In this document: in pieces, positions 12,253 to 24,138 of the stretch
How positions within the stretch are numbered: the first letter of the stretch is position 1
Layout of the letters: the number at the start of each line of letters is the position of its first letter
NCBI RefSeq assembly: GCF_004010195.1
Contig: NC_057715.1
Coordinates: forward strand, 76,594,217 to 76,658,216
Direction of reading: 5' to 3'
Length of the DNA: 64,000 nt
From: Chiloscyllium plagiosum
Taxonomy: Eukaryota
Translations under genes and position numbers: made by a program
The notes under the pieces: model-generated
Told to the model about the DNA's origin: nothing
What the model saw: only the letters and a program-made list of their open reading frames with translations
Database searches by the model: none

Positions 12253-12954
12253 TTCTTATTGGCTTTTATGAAGCCCACAATAAAAAAAACTTTTAAACAA
12301 AAATTTAACGGGAAACCTGATTACTAGTTAGCAGTGACAAGAATATCACTTATCCGCACTCAAACTTAAAATGGCAGCCGTATCACAACCTCCAACTGCT
12401 TGAAAACCATGACGCCTCCTGCCGGCAGGGGTAGGGAATCTAATATTGCACTATGGGAAACTAACTCGCTCGCTCCACCGTTAAATTCCCCCTTTCAAAA
12501 ATGGATTTCGAACCGAACTACAATTCCCATTAGGCATTGCGCTATTTCGTTTTATCTATTAAAATTTATTTTTCAATTTTCTTTCATGTAAACAAATGCC
12601 TAGTATGCTTATTATCACGTGATTTGTTCACAAATCAAAGTAATCAATTGTTTATTTTTATGTAGTTCTTTTGCCTGCCAACCACACAGCGCCCTCTCCG
12701 GCCCAGGATCATAAATATGCTGCTGGAGGGCTGGTGGGTAACCTAACTTGATAACGGGAAGGTGATGCCGTCACAATGATTGGCAAAGGCAACAACCAAA
12801 CGGATATCGCAATTCTACCGTTCGGGGGCGAAATACGAGCATTTGACCAACCAGTGTGTAACAAAGGCGGGGCTTCAATGATCAAGTTCGAGTGACTTAA
12901 AGTCTAGCCCGGGACTGGAACGAGTGCGGTCGGTGTAGATCTCTGGGAAATCGG
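12253..12954. promoter_or_regulatory. Bidirectional PSPC1/ZMYM2 promoter, including the probable 5' UTRs
   Basis: CpG-enriched and repeat-free; ZNF143/THAP11 motif ACTACAATTCCCA-TTAGGCATTGCG at 12517-12541, second SBS-like site ~12445-12462 (-), YY1-like AAAATGGC ~12367, inverted CCAAT ~12778, GC boxes ~12824 and ~12866. Confidence 0.75.
12890..12954 (+). other. ZMYM2: Probable non-coding first exon of ZMYM2 (start uncertain)
   Basis: Strong donor CGG|GTAAGA at 12955 just downstream of the CCAAT and GC boxes; inferred, no transcript data. Confidence 0.45.
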
Positions 12955-14349
12955 GTAAGATGTGATATTAACCCTGCCTGCTTTAACCTTTTTTTTTCTT
13001 GAATTGTTATGCGGGTTTCGGGGCCAAAACCTGTAAAAGAAGCCACATGATTCAATTCGTGGAAATAATGGTTAATTGAGTAAAGTTTCACTTGTCCCGC
13101 CTCTATTTTTCCCTTTTTAATCCCCCTCACGTATTGTTTCGGTCGCTCTCTAATGGCGGACGTGCGCTAGTACCGCAACGAAGGGGGTAAACCCGTGAGG
13201 GCTTGGGGGGGCAGTCTTGGGGGCAGGGGGAAATCCCTTAGGGAATTTTATCCACTTTGCCCAAAATCAAAAACAAAATCGCAAACTCTCTATTTTTTAT
13301 AAAATAAGTGGGGCAATTTTTTTCTTTATAGTTGGGGGGAAAAAGCAGTTTGTTATCCCCCCCCCCCCCATAATGGTTTTAGGGCATTGGGCTTAATTTC
13401 ACTGTCTTAAATTGCTTATGTTCCGTTTATTTATTCTTTGATCATCTGTCCAATTAAGTTTTCCCCTTTTTTTTACCCCTTTTCCTAAGGTTGCTAATCC
13501 CGGATGGGTAGGTTTTTTTTCTCTGTGAGCATTGTGGGTGTGAATAGCGAAACGCACAGACGCTCGCCACAAGCGAGCTTGGTGCGTGTTGAAGGCGGGG
13601 CAACTGGGGGTGGAGGGAAGAGAACCTCACGGAGATTGGTGCTAATCTCTTAACTGGTATGAGTTCCCTTTCTTATAATTCCTCTAGGCTAACAAAATAA
13701 ACCTAATTGTTACCACTTGGAAAGCGTGTTCATTGTAAAGTCAGCCCTTTTTTTAAAATAAAAAAAAGTTTTCCTGGGTGAAAGAGGAAGAGAGATTGTG
13801 GTACGTCGATGGCAAAGAATGTTGGATTGAAACGAGTTCAGAAGAGAATCCAGCCCAGGTTTTCTGATTAGCCGTTGTCCCGGATTCAGTCGTTCTTTGG
13901 GTTTCACGTACGCAAAGCGGTTCAGTACCTTGTTTTCACCGTCTTTTGTTAGTCCGCATTGTGGTGGCAAACAAACATGCTACTTTGCGAATCTGTGTTT
14001 TATTTAACAAAAAACAGAATTTCGAAATAATCGCTATGAAATCGTGTGTAACCAATTATTTCCATTCTACAATTGAATACAATTGGAAATAAATCTTTTT
14101 GGCGAGACTAAATGACTCGTTTAACGATGAGATACTGAATTGTTATTTTTAAATTATAGCCAAACAAGTTGTGACTACTTTATCAGTTTTCCTTAACGAG
14201 AAACATGTATACTTGGTCCATCATTCTGCCACTTCAATTTACTGTTTGTAATTGTGTAGTGACAGATATTATTCGTACCTAATTATAACAATTCTTCACA
14301 TCTGACGTTTATTGCTTGAATCTTCAATCAAGAAATCCCCTGACATGAC

Positions 14350-15280
14350 CAAAATATAGTACTGAAGGAGGCCATTTGATCCATGTAGACCTATCAAACT
14401 GATCACTCCTGATAGGTCACTTTTAACTGGTCAACTCCCTTCCCCCTTTCCAATTCATTCTTTGATTGTGGAATTATTTAAGTAGTTTTTCAATTCCTTT
14501 TGAAAATTGCAATTGAATCTGTTTCACCATCCTGTACAAAATACATTCCATATTTTTACAAATAAGGAAAAAATCCTTCTGTTGTCTCTTTATAGTCGGT
14601 TGTACAAAATGGAAGCTGGACCAAAAGGATCTGTATGTCCATGTTGACTGTAATCCCAAACTAAACTAGCCTCATCTGCCTGCATTTGCCCCATATCATT
14701 CCAATCTATTCTTATTCATGTACTTATCCAAATGTGTTTTAAACATTGTTAATATAGTCAGATCCACCACTTCCTCTGAAAGCTCATTCCATATATGCAC
14801 CACTCATTTTAAAAAAAAAATGATCTCACAGCTTCAATTTGAAGTCTGTGGTTTTGACTTCATTCAGCAGTAAACAGGTGTTTATTTTGACTCTGTCACT
14901 GATCCGTTTATAAACTTTTTTTAAACTTTATTTGGTCTAAGAACTATTGAAGTCCTCCATTTCTGTTACCAATCTTGCAAATTATCTAGAAGGCTTCTTC
15001 CAACAGTGCACTGTCCAGAATTGAATGCAGTATTCTAACTGAGGCCTAATCATGTTTTTGTTTATAGTGCCACCCATACTGAAGCTAAAGATTTCATTCT
15101 TGACCAGTCTTCTCAATTTATCCTGCTACTTAGTGTGCCTATACCCTATGTCTTTGTCTTGCACCCGCTTTGAAAGTATACTATCTTAAATTTATATTGT
15201 CTTCCAGCATAAATGTGGCCTTTCATTCTTCTATTATATTGTATCTGCTAGATTTCTGCCCGTTTTACCAGTCTCAGTCT
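14350..15280 (-). mobile_element. Old CR1 LINE fragments
   Basis: Degenerate gtccagaattgaatgcagtattctaactgaggcctaa and a CR1 3' end at ~14620-14810. Confidence 0.6.
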
Positions 15281-17013
15281 TCTAGAATTGAGGCGATTGT
15301 CTTATTTGTTTATGGAATCATAGAATGATTCTAACATAAGTTCACTCAGTCCCTGCTTGCTCTCTGGCACAACGTAGTCACTCATTCCACTGCTCTATTA
15401 CCATAGCCTGTAGGTTTATATCCCTCAGGTCCCATTTTGAATGACTTGTTGATCGTAACAGCATCCCATTACATTATTTGAATGTCAGGCAGAAATCCCT
15501 TCTTAGACAGAGTTTAACCTTGCTATGGCTTGAATTCCTGATCATGGGAACATGTAGCATTTTCCTTGGCTTGTGATGTAATTGAGCTCAAACTTTCTCA
15601 GCTTCAAATAAGCCCTTCAGGGTTTAAACCAAACACTTCTGAAACTTTTACTAAATTGCTTATATTAAGCTCTTTATCAGTCATTAAAGGTCACTTTAAC
15701 AATTCAAAACTCTTTCGTCCACTTCTCAGGAGTAGCTGCTTTACATTCCCAGCTTCACTTTTAAAAACTCTGCGTACAAAGACTGAACAAGCATTTTTTT
15801 TTCCCCCTCACGTTATGGGTCTTTTTTTCCATGAAATAAATCTTCTATCTGAAAGCGCAACACACTTTAGGAAAGTTTACAAGCAAAGAAAGTAAACAGT
15901 GAAGAAAAAATTCATTGCTGTCTAGGAAGCCTTTTTCTCTCTGCCACTAGTTCATATTTAAAAATCTAAATTTAAGAATGGATTATATTAAAATCTAGAT
16001 AGCATCATGTACTGTATGTGAACACATACACAAGGAAGAAGGGTAGGCTGCTTAGTTCTTTGAGCCTGCTGTACCATTCAGTAAAATTTATGGCTGGTTT
16101 GATTTTAATCTCAACGCTACATTTTTTGCATATGGCTGATAATCTTTCATCCCTTGATAATCAAGAATCTCTACTTTTGCCTTGCATCACACCTTTTCCC
16201 CAAAGAAGAATGAAAATGTATGTTTGAAGAGGCATTTTCATTATTCATCAACAATTCACACCATTGTTGTTATGTCACTGGAATAATAGTAATATTCACA
16301 TTAAATATACAAATTACATGACAACCATATTTTAAATTAGTTCATTGGCATCACATCATTTTGCCTTTCAGATTTGTTCTTGATAGTGTTTGCTATAATT
16401 TGCTTTCCAGGCACATAACTGATTTTCTTATGTTGGAGAATTGAGCTCCTTCCAAAATTTTTCAAATAAAAACCCAAGGATTGTGGTCCATTATACTGTT
16501 TCATCCACATGCTTCCTAATATGTATTTCACAACAATGTAGAGTCAACATGACACAATGTTGTCTTTTTTCCTCAATTGTTGAATAAGTAAAGATAATAT
16601 GAGCAGAATTACCTAATTTAATCATGGCAGTTAGGTTTCTCAATCCCATTCTCCTGCCTTCTCCAAAGCCTTTAACTGCCTTACTAGCAAGAACCTTCTA
16701 TCTCTGATTTCCAGTCAGCTTCTTTGTAAACTAAATAACAGGCCATTCATTCCCCATCTTATCATCCTTCAGCAAAGCAATCCCCACACCAATGGCTTTC
16801 ATCGGCAGTTTTCAGTCTTTCTCGTGATTAGACCCAGGTAAAACTGATATACTTCTCAGCATGTCTTTCAAGCTGTCAATGATACTTCCACCCTTCTGAA
16901 TTTTCAGCTTTTCTTCAAGAAGTTTAAGAAGGAACAATCTTAAAAAGGCATTACATAACTTTATCCTTCAGATTTGCTCGAAATAAAGTACACTCATGCC
17001 AACTTTGTCCTAG

Positions 17014-20000
17014 TGTTAGGTTCTTTTCCTGAGGTTTCACACACACGATGTCATTTGTACACACCAACTTCTGCAAACAGTTTATTAAAGCCTGTAAAAG
17101 CTAGATGCGCCACCCCCCCCCCACCCCCCTCGCAGGCGTGCAAAGTTGAGTCAAAAGAGGCCCTGAGCAAAAGAAACACATCCCCTTTTATACAGGTCAG
17201 TTGATCATGCTCAGAGATACTCTGGCCACATGCGCCCCCCCCCCCCCCAAACCAACACCACATAACCACATGTTATCCCTGGTACAATGGTAAGATAAGG
17301 TCATCCTTGGAGATAATGTAAATGCTCTAATCCTGGGGAATCCTTATGCAAACTATTTCCTAACTCGGTGATCCCCAGGATAATAGGTGTGATGTGCTTC
17401 AGTATCAGGCAATGGCTATGAAAGCATTTCTGAATGGAAGGGACTGAACGAAAGTTTAATTTTGATACTTGCAGGAGAGTGGTGGTGAATGGCTGTCTAA
17501 ATGAAGTGGGAGTTATCTGCATGAATGTCGTCCCCACCAATTCCAGACATTGTTTCTGGAGGAAGACAGTGCAGTTTAACCCTTTAATATTACATTAATG
17601 TCCAGGGAGATAGTCCAATTTAATCTTTTAACATTACATTCCACCCTTATTCCATGATGACCACCTCTGACACTATTGGCTTTCATAAGACTCTGACAGC
17701 TGGTATTTTAAGCAAGTTATTGAACCAGAACATATTGTAAACACAAAAATTACTAATCCGTGCAGTAAGTAGAATTTGCAGAATCCTCCCACATGGGAAA
17801 AAAGTTCACCAGTAAAGTTCTTAATCCACAGTCCTTAGTGATCACTCCGCCTCCTCCAAGTAGATGGAAACTAGTTAGTTGTCCAAAATCTCCTTCAATA
17901 AAGTCCAACCTGAAAACAAATCCAGTCTGTCCTGTATCACTCCACAAAGAAATCTGAATTCTTGAGTAAGGGCAGTTAAATACTTAACAAAACTGATGAG
18001 ACTTCCATCCTTGTGGAGATGCTTCAGATTAAGGATACCAGCGCATCTGAGCATGAAGTGCGGCAGCAGGCTAGATGAATGGAGTATTCTTTGCTGCTTC
18101 TGCTCCGCTGTTAAATGTAACAAAGCCAAATGGCTGTTTTGATGTTAGCTTGATCAGTGAACCTTCATATTCCTTAAATGATCAAAAGAGAAGGTAAAAC
18201 TCGCATGGTTTAATGTCCATAAGAAGGTAACTGACAGAAAACATACTGATCTCCTCTTCACCACCATTGTTAGCTTCTTCACTTTTCCTGCTCGTGACTG
18301 GGGAGATAGTCAGAGATGTACAGCATGGAAACAGACCCTCTGGTCCAACCCGTCCATGCCGACCAGAGATCCCAAAGCAATCTAGTCCCACCTGCCAGCA
18401 CCTGGCCCATATCCCTCCAAACCCTTCCTATTCATGTACCCATCCAAATGCCTCTTAAATGTTGCAATTGTACCAGCCTCCTCCACTTCCTCTGGCAGCT
18501 CATTCCATACACGTACCACCCTGTGTGTGAAAAAGTTGCCCCTTAAGTCTCTTTTTTTATATCTTTCCCCTCACCCTAAACCTATGCCCTCTAGTTCTGG
18601 ACTCCCCGACCCCAGGGAAAAGACTTTGCCTGTTTACCTTATCCATGCCCCTCATAATTTTGAAAACCTTTATAAGGTCACCCCTCGGCCACCAACGTTC
18701 CAGAAAAAACAGCCCCAGCCTGTTCAGCCTCTCCTATAGCTCAAATCCTCCAACCCTGGCAACTTCCTTGTAAATCTTTTCTGAACCCTTTCAAGTTTCA
18801 TAACATCTTTCCAATAGGAAGGAGACCAGAATTGCGTGCAATATTCCAACAGTGGCCTAACCAATGTCCTGTACAGCCGCAACATGACCTCCCAACTCCT
18901 GTACTCAATACTTTGACCAATAAAGAAAAGCATACCAAACACCCTCTTCACCATCCTATCTACCTGCGACTCCACTTTCAAGGAGTGTGAACCTGCACTC
19001 CAAGGTCTTTGTTCAGCAACACTCCCTAGGACCTTACCATTAATTCTCTAACTCCTACTAAGATTTACTTTTGCAAAATGCAGTATCTGCAGTACCTTGC
19101 ATTTATCTGAATTAAACTCCATCTGCCACTTCTCAGCCCATTGGCCCATCTGTTCAAGATCCTGTTGTAATCGGAGGTTACCCTCTTCGCTGTCCACTAC
19201 ACCTCCATTTTTGGTGTCATCTGTAAACTTACTAACTGTACCTCTTATGCTCGCATCCAAATCATTTATGTAACTGATAAAAAAAGTAGAGGACCCAACA
19301 CTGACCCTTGTGGCACTCCACTGGTCACAGGCCTCCAGTCTGAAAAGCAACCCTCCACCACCACTCTGTCTTCAACCTTTGAGCCAGTTCTGTATCCAAA
19401 TGGCTTGTCGAACGCCTTACTGAAGTCCATATAGATCACATCTACCACTCTGTCCTCATCAATCCTCTTTATTGCTTCCTCAAAAAACTCAAATCAAGTT
19501 TGAGAGTCATAATTCCCCACGCACAAAGCCATGTTGACTATCCCTAATCAGACCATGCTTTTCCAAATACATGTGCATCCTGCCCCTCAGGATTCCCTCC
19601 AACAATTTGCCCACCACCGACATCGGGCTCACTGGTCTGTAGTTCCCTGGCTTATCCTTACCACCCCTCTTAAACAGTGGCACCATGTTAGCCAACCTCT
19701 AGTCTTCCAGCACCTCACCTGTGACTATCGATGATACAAATATCTCCAGCAAGAGGCCCAACAATCACTTCCCTAGCTTCCCACAAAGTGTACACCTGAT
19801 CAGGTCCTAGGGATTTATCTACTTTTATGCGTTTCAAGACATCCAGCACTTCCTTCCTTCTCTGTAATATGGACATTTTGCAAGATGTCACCATCTATTT
19901 CCTGATTGAATCCATTGGATCAGGTTATTGGGGGAGGGTGGGTGGTGGTCCAAAGGTGTGTTTTACCTGTGAATGGAGAAACTGTAGAGACAATGTTAGC

Positions 20001-22440
20001 TCCTGAAAGTATCTCTGCATTTCCTCTCTCATTCCATCCTTGTCAGGGTCGTTTTCAGTATGAAGACAGTCATACATTTCACTACATTAGATTGAGAATG
20101 TTGAAATAGGCAAACACAGTCGTCCTTAAGTCTGTTACTCTGTTCAACATTAATGACATTATCAAGTTTTATATAATCCATAAACTTCTAAATTGTACTG
20201 CCTAAACAATTCATTTATTCATAAACAACAACGGTCCTAAATTCAAAACCTCAAGGGACCTCATTCAGGTTATTCAAAAATTATTTTCCGTTGACAAATT
20301 GATGCTTGGCTAATGTAAAAGCTGTCAGGAAAAGTATTTCAAAAATCTGGAACAGCAAGAAACAACAAAATGTTTCCTATGCTTAAGCCATTGAAGAGGC
20401 CGTTTTAGCTCAGATTTAAATCTCAAATACTCATGGGAAACAAATGCAGAATATATTAAAATATGTTCTCCAAATGAAACTTCCCAAATACAACAGTCAG
20501 AATTACAGTGGCAACTTTGGTAGAGATCAACATTCTTTGAATCTGCAATATGAAGGGGGCCAATGAAGTCTTAACAATAATAGAAAGAACTTAAACGTCT
20601 CAGCTTCCAGTTCTAATATTCTCTAAAATCTTAAAATATCAAACTTCAAATGCACTCCATCTTGTGAACAGTCTGCATTTAAAAACATAGCAGCAAAGAT
20701 ATAATACGATATTGTCATCTGGCTAAAGCATGACCAATGACCCAACTTTTTTTTTTATATAACGGGCATTGTAGAATTTGAAACCAATCAAGGCACTCAA
20801 TCAATTTGTTTTAAGGTTACAAGTTTGATAATTTTAAAAAGGACGTAACATTGCACAATGTCAGTATAAAAACAAAATCTGCCCTATTACATAGCCCACA
20901 AAACACACTGAATTGAGATCCTGTTTCAAACTAGGTAAAACAGTCACTTAAAAGGATTTTCTGAACCAGTATTTCAGCAAACCAAAATATTTAAATATCG
21001 AATACTCTCAGCATGGCACAATTTACATGGAAAGTTCCTTTTTTGACCAAAGTATTAGTACAACTCTAATTTGTGTTTTTTTTTAATAATCCTCTCTATG
21101 AAATTACACTTAAAAAGAGAAAACTCTCTCACTGAAGCACATGGCACCACATTCCATGGCACCACATTCCATGCCACCCCCTTCCCCCAGAAGAAAGACT
21201 CGCCAGTTGAGTCCACAGCCCAGAAACTTGAGACTCCCACAGCAAAAACCTGGACAAAGCTTCCCCAGCAGTTAATGTACTTTACTGTTGAGATCCCAGC
21301 GTAACGGCTCCACGTCCTCTTCCTTTTCCTGGTTATGCCATGCCATCCCAAAAGTACTTCTGAGAGAACGCATGGGTGACAAAAACGTTGAATTTAATAA
21401 GTACCAAATTTTGTTTAGATGTTTTTCTTTGCAGTTCCTGATTTCTAGCTTTTTAAACTCCTTTTTCCAGGGGACTTTAACCCTTTTCTCAATTTACGTC
21501 TCACAGGGACTTGAACCCCTTTCCTTACTCTATATGTTTGGGGACTCTAACCCTAATTTTAAAAACCCTGGAGACCGTAACCCTGATTTATAACCTCTCT
21601 TTTCCGTGCAAAGTGACTCATTGATGTGCGAGTTACCACAAAGATTCTGTCACCACCAAGTCCCAAGAGACGAGGGGTGGACTGAGTGGTAGTTTCAGAG
21701 AGAGAGAGAGAGAGATCAAGGTGAAGCTTACTTTGTGAGCTCATCCAACTGACACTCAGACAATCACTTGTTCATTCTGGAAGCTTCATGTATGTTGCAG
21801 TCCCGCCGCTGCCACCATACATTAAGTTCTTTTCCAGAGGTTTCGCACGAAATGGAATTTGTACACACTAACTTCTGCAAACAGTTAAAGTTTATTAAAG
21901 CCTCTACAAGCTAGACGACCACATTTGACCCTCGTTGCAGGTGTGGAAAGTAGAGTAAAAAGAGGCCTCGAACAAAGGAAACACATCCCCTTTTTTATAC
22001 AAATCAGTTGGTGATGCTTACAGATACACCGGCTACTCCTTTCCTTCCCCCCCCCCCCTCCCCCCCCCATAACCACATGTTATCTCGGGTACAATGGTAG
22101 GATGAGGTTCTCCTCCGAGATTATGTTGCTGCCCAATCCTGGGGAATCATTATGCAAACAATTGCCTGACTCAGTGATCCTCCAGGACAATGAAAGTGTG
22201 ATATGCTTCAGTATCGGGGGATGGCTATGAAAGCATTTCTGAATGGAAGGGACTGAATAAGAGTTTAATTTGATACTAGCAGGAGAGTAGTGGTAAATGG
22301 CTGTTTAAATGAAGTGGGAGTTATCTGTATTCTTGCATGAATGTCATCCCCACCAATTCCAGGACATTCAGTTTCTGGAGGAAGACCGTGCAGTGTAACC
22401 CTTTAATATTATTCAGGGAGATAGTCCAGTTTAATGTTAA
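17014..22440 (-). mobile_element. Two-LTR element with a tRNA-Leu PBS and a PPT, no recognisable pol
   Basis: LTRs 17014-17638 and ~21820-22440; PBS TGGTGGCAGCGGCGGGAC at 21800-21817 (-); purine tract GGAATAAGGGTGGAA at 17639-17653 (-). Confidence 0.8.
18309..19905 (-). mobile_element. CR1 LINE, ~1.6 kb 3' portion
   Basis: [55 protein letters not shown] motifs in broken frames. Confidence 0.95.
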
Positions 22441-23831
22441 GCATGGGTTACCTGTTGGAATGTTGGTTCCAAGTTGCATGTCTTTGCATTGAAAGTCCAT
22501 TTGGTGTAACAAAACTCATATTTCTTGGCTCTGTCAGTCAATGGAACATGCCAGTATCCTTTTTATCAAGTAATTTTTGACAGATTATACATTTATTCAC
22601 TAATTTTGGAATATGAGGCACATCTGCTGTGGTTACCATATTGATTTTATAATAATACAGATCCTGCCCCTTTTAATGTCTCAATAGGGGTCCTCTAGCA
22701 CCTATGATTCAGTTTGATAATGTCATTCTTTACCATAACCTTAATCTCATCTTTCACTTGAACTAATCTCTCTGGATTGAGTCTGTAAGGATATTGTTTT
22801 GTAGGTCATGCATCCTGTACATTTAGTTAAAACATTAAATTTGAACTTTTATCTGAATGTATATCTTTAGACAGTCCTGTCTTGTAAAACAAAATTTGAC
22901 TAATGTTTCCACTACCCCTCTTTTTGCACTGTGTACTTAAGGTATTGCTTCAGGAGATATTATAAAAGCATCCATAATTAGAAGTACAAGATCCCATAAT
23001 TTATTATAGATAGGAATCTGACACAATCTCTTCAGACCCTATTAAAAGGTTGTATTGGATTGAAAGGTGCAGGTTTAATTGGCGGTTCAGGTTTCCCTCA
23101 AATTTTGAGTAAAATTTGTCCACCTCCTTGTATAATCCAGGTCAATAAAAAAAAAATCTTCTAATATTTAATCTTGTTTAATTGACCTGCCTTTGGGCTT
23201 TAATGAGGCACTCATAAAATGACATTTGAATTCTCTGGCTGGATCATGGCCTGATGGGCTACTGTCCATAGGTTGGCAAGACTAAGAAGTAGGAGGAGAG
23301 GTAGGCCTTTAAGTCCATCAAGCGTATTGTGTCTTTGAGTGTAATGTAGTCATCATTTATTCAATTTATTTTTCAAATAACACTCTGGTATGGCTTCTGT
23401 TTCAGTCTCTGAATAGGCTTTGTTAGCCTAACTTAATTTAGACAATTTTGAATTCTATATATTAAAAATGAGCTAAACACATCAGTATCATTCTTCTCAA
23501 ATTTTCAAAAATTGCGTCCAGTAGCTGCATTTCCAAACTATTTCTGTTTTGTATAATTTTGTTCTTCTTGTCTATTCATTTGGTCCTAAGTTCTAGTCAC
23601 ATCAGAGGTGGGAAACAATGTCAGTTTTCTTTACCTCCAGTGGTTGTTTCACCACCCCTTGAGGCCAATATTCTTGCACCTACCTGCCAGTTATTTCCCA
23701 AAATAAAGTCATCCCTTCAAATTGTTTTTTTCAAATACCCCCATACAGTTTTTCCACTGAACAAGTCATCCTTTAATTCAACTGTATATAATGAAACTGG
23801 CTTATAACCACCATGTGTGCTCCACCATGAG

Positions 23832-24138
23832 GGTGGCTTGGTGGTTAGCACTGCTGCCTCACCGCACTAGGGACCCGGGTTCAATTCCCACCTTGGGGGA
23901 CTGTCGGTCTCTGTAGAGTTTGCACATTCTCCCCGTATCTGGGTGGGTTTCCTCCCACAATTCAAAGATCTGCAGGTCAGGTGAAGTGGCCATGCTAAAT
24001 TGCCCATTGTGTTAGGTCCATTAGTCAAGGGTAAATATAGGGGAATGGGTCTGGGTGGGTTACTCTTTGGAAAGTCGGTGTGGACTTGTTGGGCTGAAGG
24101 GCCTGTTTCCATACTGTAGGGAATCTAATCTAATCTAA
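23832..24138 (+). mobile_element. HE1-type SINE
   Basis: ggttagcactgctgcctcac head, B-box, (aatct)n tail. Confidence 0.9.

Noticed and set aside
12686-12703. CTCF site (GGCCGGAGAGGGCGCTG on -)
   Set aside because: Only the 3' half of the consensus matches; too weak to call without a PWM score or ChIP data
21140-21178. 15-bp tandem repeat (catggcaccacattc) as an array-like element
   Set aside because: Only ~2.5 adjacent units with no spacers; ordinary slippage. No CRISPR-like array anywhere in the window
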